From an uncultured bacterium (GTDB taxonomy: Bacteria > Babelota > Babeliae > Babelales > Vermiphilaceae), in contig OY968764.1 in assembly GCA_963695335.1 (NCBI GenBank), positions 128,001 through 192,000 on the forward strand: a stretch of DNA of 64,000 nucleotides, read 5' to 3'. Shown one piece after another: positions 18,096 through 26,222 of the stretch. Made by a program: the position numbers and the translations under genes. Below the pieces are notes generated by a model. That model was not told the DNA's origin and did not search any database. It saw only the letters and a program-made list of their open reading frames with translations. How positions within the stretch are numbered: position 1 is the stretch's first letter; the number at the start of each line of letters is the position of its first letter.

Positions 18096-20075
18096 ATGTT
18101 TATTCGCGTCAAACTCCTTAATGGATTACCTGAACCTCTCTGGTACACTGTACCACAAAACCTTATCAATAAACCTTTATCAGGTCTTATTGTACAAGTA
18201 CCGGTACGCAATCGTATCATTCCTGCACTTGTTATTGACGAACACAAAACAAAACCTTACAACATTACTTTTGAATTAAAAGAAATTCATGGCCTTGAAC
18301 CACTGCCAGCAGATAAACATTATCACAGTTTTTTACACAAACTTGGTGATTATTACCAAGTTGAGCCAATTTATTTTATTAAACGGATTCATCAATTTTT
18401 AATCAATAAACCAGAAACCGAACTTATTATAAATAAAGAAGAAAAAAAACCTTATTCCACTTGTAACACGATAGTGTTAACAAGTGAACAAATAAAAGTA
18501 TGTGATTATACCGCACCCAATATTAGCAACAATAAATTTACACCCGTGCTCATGCACGGCGTAACTGGATCAGGAAAAACAGAGGTTTATAAACATCTGT
18601 TTCTTGAAGCGCTCCAACACAACAAAACAAGTTTATTACTGCTGCCAGAAGTTACCCTTGCAATTGCGTTTGAAAATCGTCTGAAACAAGAACTGCCAGA
18701 TATGCCAATTTATGGTTTCCATTCAGGCAAAACACCCAAAGAAAAAAACAGTGTCTGGAATAACCTTAACAATCAGACACCAATGATTTTAATTGGTGTG
18801 CATTTGCCAATACTGCTACCCATTGCCAACCTTGGTTTAATAGTCATTGATGAAGAACATGAAGTTGGGTATCAAGAAAAAAAACATCCCAAAATTAATA
18901 GTAAAGAAGCTGCAATTATTCGTGCTCAAACTGCAAACATTCCTATTCTGCTCGGTTCTGCAACACCATCGTTGCAAACATTACACAATGTTAAAACAAA
19001 AAAATGGGCATTTTTTCAACTCAAAAAAAGATTCTCTGGGACCTTGCCAACGGTAAAAGTTGTTTCTTTAACTGAAAACAAAAATAGAAAGCAGTTTTGG
19101 ATCAGTAAAGAATTAGAACATGAGATTAAAGATCGATTAACAAAAAATGAACAAACTATTATTTTCATCAATCGGCGTGGTTTTAGTTTTTTTGTGCAAT
19201 GCAAACAGTGCACATTTATTTTTACATGCACCGATTGCTCAGTCAGTTTAACCTTACATGAAGACCAACGCTTAGTGTGCCATTATTGCGGCATTCACCA
19301 CACCTTGCCTGCCTCATGCCCTGAATGCAAAGTTCATGCAGAAAATTTTATAAAAAAAGGAATTGGCACCCAACAAGTTGTTACACTGCTCCAAAAAATG
19401 TTCCCGCAAGCAAACATTGCACGCGCTGATTTGGATACAAGTACCAAGAAAAAAGTGTGGCAGCAAACCATCACCGATATGATGGAAAACAAAATTAATA
19501 TTTTGGTGGGTACACAAACAATTACCAAAGGTTTTCATTTTCCTCATGTAACTTTGGTTGGTGTTTTATGGGCAGATTTGCAACTCAGTTTCCCCATTTA
19601 TAATGCCTCTGAAACCGCACTGCAACAACTCATTCAAGTATCGGGGCGTGCTGGTAGAAATCACGAACAGAGCACTGTTATTATTCAATCAATGGCAGAT
19701 CATGAACTGTTTAAACATTTGAATGAAATAGATTATCTTAAATTTTATGCAGAAGAAATGAATACACGCACCGAACTGCAGTACCCGCCCGTTGCACGAT
19801 TTGCAGAACTTGAATTAAAGCATGTGAATGAACAAAAATTGGAACAAGATGCGTATCATATTGTTGACGTTTTTTACGCATATGCAAAAAATCATACATT
19901 AAATGTCACTATTCTTGGGCCTGCAAAGCCACCAGTTTCTAAAATTAAAGCTGTACACAGTCGTAAAATTTATATTAAAAGTGCGAATTTTGCTGATATT
20001 GTCACGCTATATAAAGTGATTGATAAAAAACGATATAGCAGTTCGATTTACTTTACGCCAAATCCATTGACCTAA
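18096..20075 (+). CDS. priA: Primosomal protein N' helicase
   Basis: HGVTGSGKTEVY, IDEEHE, SATPS, NRRGF, four CxxC, QVSGRAGR. Confidence 0.96.
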   Translation: MFIRVKLLNGLPEPLWYTVPQNLINKPLSGLIVQVPVRNRIIPALVIDEHKTKPYNITFELKEIHGLEPLPADKHYHSFLHKLGDYYQVEPIYFIKRIHQFLINKPETELIINKEEKKPYSTCNTIVLTSEQIKVCDYTAPNISNNKFTPVLMHGVTGSGKTEVYKHLFLEALQHNKTSLLLLPEVTLAIAFENRLKQELPDMPIYGFHSGKTPKEKNSVWNNLNNQTPMILIGVHLPILLPIANLGLIVIDEEHEVGYQEKKHPKINSKEAAIIRAQTANIPILLGSATPSLQTLHNVKTKKWAFFQLKKRFSGTLPTVKVVSLTENKNRKQFWISKELEHEIKDRLTKNEQTIIFINRRGFSFFVQCKQCTFIFTCTDCSVSLTLHEDQRLVCHYCGIHHTLPASCPECKVHAENFIKKGIGTQQVVTLLQKMFPQANIARADLDTSTKKKVWQQTITDMMENKINILVGTQTITKGFHFPHVTLVGVLWADLQLSFPIYNASETALQQLIQVSGRAGRNHEQSTVIIQSMADHELFKHLNEIDYLKFYAEEMNTRTELQYPPVARFAELELKHVNEQKLEQDAYHIVDVFYAYAKNHTLNVTILGPAKPPVSKIKAVHSRKIYIKSANFADIVTLYKVIDKKRYSSSIYFTPNPLT

Positions 20076-20077
20076 TT

Positions 20078-20187
20078 CGCGCTCAAAGATACCCTTCAAC
20101 CTGCCGTCGCCAAGGCTATGGCAGGCACGGCAAGTTCTCAAGGCAGGTGTTTACTACTGAGCCTGACGAAGTATCAGGGCGAGCGCG
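20078..20187. repeat. Family A repeat carrying two nested insertions
   Basis: Matches the simple copy at 61642-61680, with a family B palindrome and a second module inserted. Confidence 0.75.
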
Positions 20188-20242
20188 GAAAAACAAGATA
20201 AAACATATATATTATCTAACTCTTCATCTAAATCTTTTATGT

Positions 20243-20278
20243 GCGCTCATCCTGAACTTGTTGAAGGATTAAAGCGCA
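20243..20278. repeat. Family A palindrome abutting the orn stop codon
   Basis: GCGCTCATCCTGAACTTGTTGAAGGATTAAAGCGC. Confidence 0.8.
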
Positions 20279-20830
20279 CTATACAAAAAAATTCTTTCTA
20301 TAATGCTGCAACTCAGCAATCGATTCATACACATCACTCATTGCGCGATGCCGATCAGACTTTTTAAATTCAATATTTTTATTATCAGGATACCAACGCT
20401 TAATCAATTCTTTAACACTTGAAACATCAATAATGCGATAGTGTAAATAACTACTAATGAGAGGCATATATTTATCCAAAAAAACACGGTCTTGCCATAC
20501 CGTGTTACCTGCAAGAATACCAGTTCCTTGTGCACAATTCTGTTTAATAAATGCAAAAATTTGTTCTTCGGCTTGATGCAATGATGTCTGTGAATTGCGA
20601 ACTTCTTCTATCAATCCCGTTTTACCATGCTGATCCTGACACCATTTACCCATCGCAGCTAATTTTTCTTCAGGTTGGTTAATGACCAAACGAGGTCCTT
20701 GCGCAATCACATTCAAATTACCATCGGTAATCACCGTAGCTATTTCCAAAATAACATCAGTTGCTATCACTAATCCCGTCATTTCAAGATCAAGCCACAC
20801 AAGATTTCCAAGAACTTCATTCTTTGCCAT
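20279..20830 (-). CDS. orn: Oligoribonuclease
   Basis: LVWLDLEMTGL, LAGNTVWQDR, HYRIIDVSSVKEL, HRAMSDVYESIAEL. Confidence 0.96.
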   Translation of the reverse strand: MAKNEVLGNLVWLDLEMTGLVIATDVILEIATVITDGNLNVIAQGPRLVINQPEEKLAAMGKWCQDQHGKTGLIEEVRNSQTSLHQAEEQIFAFIKQNCAQGTGILAGNTVWQDRVFLDKYMPLISSYLHYRIIDVSSVKELIKRWYPDNKNIEFKKSDRHRAMSDVYESIAELQHYRKNFFV

Positions 20831-21001
20831 ATGTATTCACCTATATAAAGAAAAATTTATTCTTATTTCCCATCATACCAAGATAGATGATTCTTTACCA
20901 TAATCCCGCAAAACAGTAGAATATAAACGCAGTTTGATATTTGTATAAAACGTAAACCGCAATTGACGACAAACTTACATTAGAATCAATCTATTCTGCG
21001 A

Positions 21002-21061
21002 TCATCCTGAGCCTGTTGAAGGGTTAAGCGCTTAATTCTTCAACAAGTTCAGAATGAGCGC
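21002..21061. repeat. Family A inverted doublet upstream of ddl
   Basis: TCATCCTGAGCCTGTTGAAGG ... TTCTTCAACAAGTTCAGAATGAGCGC. Confidence 0.8.
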
Positions 21062-21092
21062 AATAAGAACAAAATTTAAGGCTAATAAAATC

Positions 21093-23516
21093 ATGAAAAA
21101 AATACGTATTGGCGTCCTGATGGGCGGCAAATCATTGGAAAAAGAAGTATCTTTTAACACCGGCAGAACGGTATGTGACTATATTGATACAACGCAATAT
21201 ACAACGGTTCCACTCTATCAAACAGGTTCAAAAATATATCTGTTACCGTGGCACTTTTTACATCGTGGCAAAACAACAGATTTTGAACATCGCTTACATA
21301 ACGAAGCAGAATATATTGCATGGGACGATCTTAAAAATTATGTAGATTTTATCTATATTGCTCAACATGGTCGCTATGCTGAAGATGGCACATTGCAAGG
21401 CTTTTTAAATATTCTTGGCATCCCTTATCTTGGTTCCAATGTTTTTGCAAGTGCATTGCGCACCGATAAAATTATGCACAAAACATTTTTAAATAACGCT
21501 GGCATTGCAACTCCAAAATTTGTTGCTGTTGAACCATATGAGATTGATAACTTTGAAAAATATAAAAATAATATTCTTAAGCAACTTGAAAATCTTTATC
21601 CACGCGCTCGCCCTGAACTTGTTGAAGAATTAAGCGCTCAAAGATATCCTTCGACAGGCTCAGGACGAGCGCACAAGAACAAAAATAACACACCTGATAT
21701 CAATGATCTTTTCGTTGTTAAACCATTTAACGAAGGCTCAAGCCTTGGTATTTCCATTGTTACCAAAGATAATCTAGAAAACGCACTCAAAAAAGCGTGC
21801 TACATTGAACCTGGCAAAAAAAAGCGTGTACTTATCGAAGAAAAAATTACCGGCATGGAATTCACCTGCATCATTTTAACTGATCATAAAACTGGCGAAC
21901 TTTTTGCGCTTCCTCCAACAGAAAGTGTTTCTGATGAAGAAGTTGGTTTTTTTGATTATGAACAAAAATACATGCCAGGAAGAGGTATAAAACGCACTCC
22001 AGCACGTTGCAGTGATGAAATAACAAAACATATTCAAGAAACATGCATACACGTCATGCAAACATTAGAATTTGATACAATGTGCCGCATTGATGGGTTT
22101 CTAACACATGATAACACAATTGTTATTATTGATCCCAATACACTTTCTGGGATGGCACCATCAAGTTACATTTTTAACCAAGCAGCAGAAATTAATATGA
22201 GCCCTGCGCAACTTGTTAACTATATTATTGAAACAGAACTACACCGCTATAACCTCATAACCACAGATATGAACAATACAACATCAGAAATATCATCACT
22301 CATTCAAAAAATTCGTGTTGCCATTTTACTCGGTGGTGCATCAAATGAAAAAGAAACATCACTCGATTCTGGCCGCAACGTCTTTTACAAATTATCGCCA
22401 CACAAATATGATCCTATCGCAGTTTTTGTGAGCGACGCATTAGAACTGTATATCTTGACACAATCACAACTGGTGCGTAATTCAACAAAAGAAATTATTG
22501 AACTGTTACAACCGTCACAAAAAATTAAATGGAGCGATTTATCTGCTATTGCAGACTTTGTATTTATTGGGCTCCATGGTGGTGAAGGTGAAGATGGTTC
22601 TGTGCAAGGTACATTAGAAATACTTGGCATGCCATATAACGGATCATCTGTGCTTGCGAGCGCGCTGTGTATGAATAAATATAAAGCGAATGAGCTGCTT
22701 GCTGCGCACGACTTTAATGTACCTAACAATATTTTGCTAACAAAACATCAATGGGATAATTCTTTATCTCAATCTAATTCTTACTGCGCTCGTCCTGAAC
22801 TTGTTGAAGGATATCCTCGAGCGCTCGAAAATATTTCCCCCGCTCCCCCTGAGTGCCACGATAGTGGTGTATCGAAGGGTTACGAGCGAATAAAAGAAAT
22901 CACAACAAAATTATCATATCCATTAATAGTCAAACCGCACGATGATGGCTGCAGCGTGATGGTGCAAAAAGTAACCAATGATGAAGAATTAATCGTGGCA
23001 ATAGAAAATGTATTACAAGAAAAAGATGCAGTGCTCATAGAAGAATGTATCACCGGCATGGAACTCACTGTTGGAGTTATGGGTAATCAACATCCCCGCG
23101 CATTGCCACCAAGCCAAGCAATTTCTTTAAGTGGTGTACTTTCTATAGAAGAAAAGTTTTTGCCAGGCGCTGGTGAAAATCAAACACCTGCACCACTACC
23201 ACAAAATGCATTAGAATTTGTGCAACGCACTATGGAACGTGCATTTACAACGTTGCAATGCAAAGGATATTCACGTATTGACTGTTTTTACCAAACAGCC
23301 GAGCAAAGCCCAACCAAAAAAGAACGGGTAATTATTTTAGAAAACAACTCATTGCCTGGATTAACACCTGCAACATGCTTGTTCCATCAAGCAGCTGAAA
23401 TTGGTTTAAAACCGATGGATTTTCTGGATCAAATAATTATGCTGGGATTTGAAGAACATAGACCTGCAGTCATCAATTCTTCCTTTCGCGCTCATTCTGA
23501 ACTTGTTGAAGAATAA
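21093..23516 (+). CDS. ddl: Tandem-duplicated D-alanine--D-alanine ligase (two ATP-grasp modules)
   Basis: Two copies of GGxSxEKExS, HGxxxEDGxxQG, vVKP, EEKITGME/EECITGME, RIDxF, NTLSG/NSLPG; likely start MKKIRIG. Confidence 0.92.
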   Translation: MKKIRIGVLMGGKSLEKEVSFNTGRTVCDYIDTTQYTTVPLYQTGSKIYLLPWHFLHRGKTTDFEHRLHNEAEYIAWDDLKNYVDFIYIAQHGRYAEDGTLQGFLNILGIPYLGSNVFASALRTDKIMHKTFLNNAGIATPKFVAVEPYEIDNFEKYKNNILKQLENLYPRARPELVEELSAQRYPSTGSGRAHKNKNNTPDINDLFVVKPFNEGSSLGISIVTKDNLENALKKACYIEPGKKKRVLIEEKITGMEFTCIILTDHKTGELFALPPTESVSDEEVGFFDYEQKYMPGRGIKRTPARCSDEITKHIQETCIHVMQTLEFDTMCRIDGFLTHDNTIVIIDPNTLSGMAPSSYIFNQAAEINMSPAQLVNYIIETELHRYNLITTDMNNTTSEISSLIQKIRVAILLGGASNEKETSLDSGRNVFYKLSPHKYDPIAVFVSDALELYILTQSQLVRNSTKEIIELLQPSQKIKWSDLSAIADFVFIGLHGGEGEDGSVQGTLEILGMPYNGSSVLASALCMNKYKANELLAAHDFNVPNNILLTKHQWDNSLSQSNSYCARPELVEGYPRALENISPAPPECHDSGVSKGYERIKEITTKLSYPLIVKPHDDGCSVMVQKVTNDEELIVAIENVLQEKDAVLIEECITGMELTVGVMGNQHPRALPPSQAISLSGVLSIEEKFLPGAGENQTPAPLPQNALEFVQRTMERAFTTLQCKGYSRIDCFYQTAEQSPTKKERVIILENNSLPGLTPATCLFHQAAEIGLKPMDFLDQIIMLGFEEHRPAVINSSFRAHSELVEE
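21604..21672 (+). repeat. Family A doublet in-frame in ddl module 1
   Basis: GCGCTCGCCCTGAACTTGTTGAAG...CTTCGACAGGCTCAGGACGAGCGC encodes ARPELVEE..PSTGSGRA. Confidence 0.85.
22786..22888 (+). repeat. Two family A units in-frame in ddl module 2
   Basis: GCGCTCGTCCTGAACTTGTTGAAGG and CGCTCCCCCTGAGTG..TGTATCGAAGGG encode ARPELVEG..APPECHDSGVSKG. Confidence 0.85.
23487..23514 (+). repeat. Family A unit forming the ddl C-terminus
   Basis: CGCGCTCATTCTGAACTTGTTGAAGAA encodes RAHSELVEE before the stop. Confidence 0.8.
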
Positions 23517-23531
23517 ATCCGCATATACGAT

Positions 23532-23575
23532 AAAAAAGCAGCTACCTGTTTTAGTAACAGATCGCTGCTTTTTTT
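23532..23575. terminator. Bidirectional terminator
   Basis: AAAAAAGCAGC...GCTGCTTTTTTT between convergent genes. Confidence 0.7.
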
Positions 23576-23591
23576 ATTAAACTACTTTTTC

Positions 23592-24143
23592 TTATTGACC
23601 AGATACTGGTACGTTACTCAATACATATCTAATTTGTTCAAGTTCTTTTTGCTGCTTCTGCAAAGAAGTATATTTTCTATACATTCCATAAAAAGCAATT
23701 GCTGGAGCAATAGTATAAACCAATAAAGGAAGACCCCAATCAATATATTTATTTATATTTTTAGAAGGTCTTAGTAAAAAATTACCAATATCATAAGCTA
23801 AATCACCAACATGAGCATCCCTGCGAATGGTATATCCAGCCCATGTTGACGCCTCTATAACAGGATTTAATAAAGCAGCTATCCAATAAGGCCATGTTGA
23901 CGATTGATTAGTCGCTTGTATTTCCTGCGCAAGGAAAGCCTCTCTCTTCTGTAAAATGCCAGCCAATTCTTTGCTCATAAACGGACGCTTGGAAAAATCA
24001 ATATTCTCGACCTCTTCACGATACTTTTTCGCTTCTTCTGCTGTTAATCCTGTAAAATATTTAATAATATCTTTTTGAGCAGTAAATGCTACACTACTTA
24101 CGCAAACAAGCGCACTCATCAGCATTATCATCTTCTTATTCAT
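23592..24143 (-). CDS. Hypothetical exported/membrane protein
   Basis: Signal peptide, hydrophobic segments, C-terminal coiled coil. Confidence 0.7.
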   Translation of the reverse strand: MNKKMIMLMSALVCVSSVAFTAQKDIIKYFTGLTAEEAKKYREEVENIDFSKRPFMSKELAGILQKREAFLAQEIQATNQSSTWPYWIAALLNPVIEASTWAGYTIRRDAHVGDLAYDIGNFLLRPSKNINKYIDWGLPLLVYTIAPAIAFYGMYRKYTSLQKQQKELEQIRYVLSNVPVSGQ

Positions 24144-24224
24144 ATAAACCCCCTTGTAAAAATCATTAATTTTATTTCTTATTGTAATAATACCATAAAA
24201 AATAAGGCCTGTACAAGAGTTATG

Positions 24225-25406
24225 TTACTCTATCTTTTTAATCAAATCCCCAGCAAATCGCCAACTTAATACATCCGCTTGCGGCCATTTTTGATTTTCT
24301 GACCCGCCATATATAACATAGCGCGGTGCTTGCGGGGTATCAGTAGTTTCCTGCCATAAACTGATTTCTTTAAAAAAATCGGTGACAACAGTTTTGCCTG
24401 CTTTAATTTCAATCGCGGTCGGATAACGTGATCCTTCAAAAACACAATCAATTTCTCGTCCAATATGATCACGCCAAAAGTACAGCGATGGTTGCTGTTC
24501 AAGATTATATTGTTGCTTGAACAAATCACTAATGATAAAAGATTCAACCAACCCACCACGTAAATAGTGATCTGACAGTTCCTCTGCAGAGCGTATCTTC
24601 AACAATGAACATGCCAATCCCGTATCCACAAAATAAAGCTTGGGGGACTTAATAAGCCGTCTTCCAAAATTTTTATAATAAGGATATAAAGAAAAGGCTA
24701 CATAGCTTGCTTCTAATAATCCAATCCACTCTTTGACTGTACTATGATTAATACCACAATCATTTCCCAAAGAACTTAAATTGATAACTTGGCCAATACG
24801 CCCTGCGCATAGTCGCATAAATTTTTGAAAAGTACCAAGGTCAGCAACCTTTTTAATTTGCCGCACATCACGTTCCACATATAAACGTATATAGTTGGCA
24901 TATAATCGCTCAATAGAAACATCTTGCGCATGTGCCTTGGGATAACACCCTTTATGCACAAGTGTTTCTATTCTTGCTGGTAATAGCTCTGCTTCTTTAA
25001 GCTCACTAATTGATAATGGTAACAACGTAAGAACCGCCATCCTTCCTGCCAATGTTTGCGTAATTGCTTCATCAACCAAAAAGTTCTGCGACCCAGTAAC
25101 AATAAAAAAACCATTCTTTTTTTCCCGATCAACAATGGTTTGCATGTAAGAAAGTAAGGATGGTGCATGCTGAATTTCATCCAAAATAATACCTGATGCT
25201 GTTGGAGACTCTGTCAAAAATTGCCTTGGATCTGATAAAGCCAAAGCAAGAACATCCTGATCTTCAAGGGATATATACGCATGATGTGGAAATAATGTTT
25301 GTGCTAGGGTTGTTTTTCCTGACTGACGAGGACCAACAATAGCAATTACTGGATATTCCATTGACGCTTCAAGCAACCGATCGGTTAAAGCTCGTTTTAT
25401 TAACAT
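24225..25406 (-). CDS. AAA_14 + DUF4143 ATPase
   Basis: GPRQSGKTT, ILDEIQ, TGSQ, TLAGR, KSPKLYFVDTG, YFWRD..GREID, IEIKA. Confidence 0.9.
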   Translation of the reverse strand: MLIKRALTDRLLEASMEYPVIAIVGPRQSGKTTLAQTLFPHHAYISLEDQDVLALALSDPRQFLTESPTASGIILDEIQHAPSLLSYMQTIVDREKKNGFFIVTGSQNFLVDEAITQTLAGRMAVLTLLPLSISELKEAELLPARIETLVHKGCYPKAHAQDVSIERLYANYIRLYVERDVRQIKKVADLGTFQKFMRLCAGRIGQVINLSSLGNDCGINHSTVKEWIGLLEASYVAFSLYPYYKNFGRRLIKSPKLYFVDTGLACSLLKIRSAEELSDHYLRGGLVESFIISDLFKQQYNLEQQPSLYFWRDHIGREIDCVFEGSRYPTAIEIKAGKTVVTDFFKEISLWQETTDTPQAPRYVIYGGSENQKWPQADVLSWRFAGDLIKKIE

Positions 25407-25430
25407 TTTTTATCCTTTATTTTTTGGCAT

Positions 25431-25473
25431 ATTTTGTACAAATTGAGGATCAGATTCGCAATTTGTACAAAAT
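25431..25473. promoter_or_regulatory. 15-bp inverted repeat upstream of the DUF4143 ATPase (operator or 5' hairpin)
   Basis: ATTTTGTACAAATTG-13 nt-CAATTTGTACAAAAT. Confidence 0.5.
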
Positions 25474-25557
25474 TATATCTGAAATTAACGATCCAATCAA
25501 TATCTTTAAAAAATGTGTCCGGGTTTGCTTATTTTAAACACTTTTACTTACAAATAC

Positions 25558-25576
25558 GTAACAATTTTGTTACAAT
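25558..25576 (+). promoter_or_regulatory. Probable TA operator overlapping the -10 box
   Basis: Palindrome GTAACAA-TT-TTGTTAC overlapping TACAAT. Confidence 0.55.
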
Positions 25577-25608
25577 AAAGTTACAAGGTTATAACTAAAG
25601 GAATTTTT

Positions 25609-25854
25609 ATGTCTAAAATATTAAGAGTAAGCGATGAGGCATACTCAAAGTTAGCACAAATAACTAAGAGTACTGGTTTATCAAACCAAGATGTCATCAA
25701 TAAAGCTTTAGAGAATCTCGAACGAGAAACTTTCTTAAAACAAGCAAATGAAGCCTATGCTGCTATGAAAAAAGATCCAAAACAATGGCAGGAGCATCTC
25801 GAAGAAATAGCAGTATGGGAAGCAACACTAGCAGATGGATTAGAAGATGAATAA
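25609..25854 (+). CDS. Antitoxin (RHH-like) of a MazF/PemK pair
   Basis: 81 aa, ILRVSDE N-terminal strand, WEATLADGLE C-terminus, overlaps the toxin start. Confidence 0.8.
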   Translation: MSKILRVSDEAYSKLAQITKSTGLSNQDVINKALENLERETFLKQANEAYAAMKKDPKQWQEHLEEIAVWEATLADGLEDE

Positions 25855-26209
25855 CCACAAACCTTCTCGAGGCGAAGTTTGGTTTGTTCATTTAGATCCT
25901 GTTGTTGGTCATGAACAGGCAAAAACGCGTCCATGTCTTGTTATATCAGATGATATTTTTAATCACGGCCCTGCCAACTTGCACATCATTGTACCCTTAA
26001 CCTCAAAAAACAAAAATAACCCTTTTCGTGTATCTTTAGAATGGCTTGAAGGCGGGTCAGATATTGAATCATTTATTCTATGCGATCAGATCCGCTCAGT
26101 ATCACGACAACGTTTTAAAAGGAATATCTTAGGTTCGGTCACTCTAAAAACTCTTGATCGAGTACAATATGCCTTAGGTATGTTATTACGCGGAAAAATT
26201 ACTCTATAA
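25847..26209 (+). CDS. mazF: MazF/PemK-family endoribonuclease toxin
   Basis: RGEVWFVHLDPVVGHEQAKTRPCLVIS, VPLTS, LCDQIRSVSRQR. Confidence 0.9.
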   Translation: MNNHKPSRGEVWFVHLDPVVGHEQAKTRPCLVISDDIFNHGPANLHIIVPLTSKNKNNPFRVSLEWLEGGSDIESFILCDQIRSVSRQRFKRNILGSVTLKTLDRVQYALGMLLRGKITL

Positions 26210-26222
26210 TGCTGTCTATTTA

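Noticed and set aside
21054..21092. ddl start at 21054
   Set aside because: That ATG lies inside a family A repeat; Ddl similarity starts at MKKIRIG (21093).
24225..26209. DUF4143 ATPase plus MazEF as a single defence system
   Set aside because: Divergently transcribed common accessory genes; no evidence of functional coupling.
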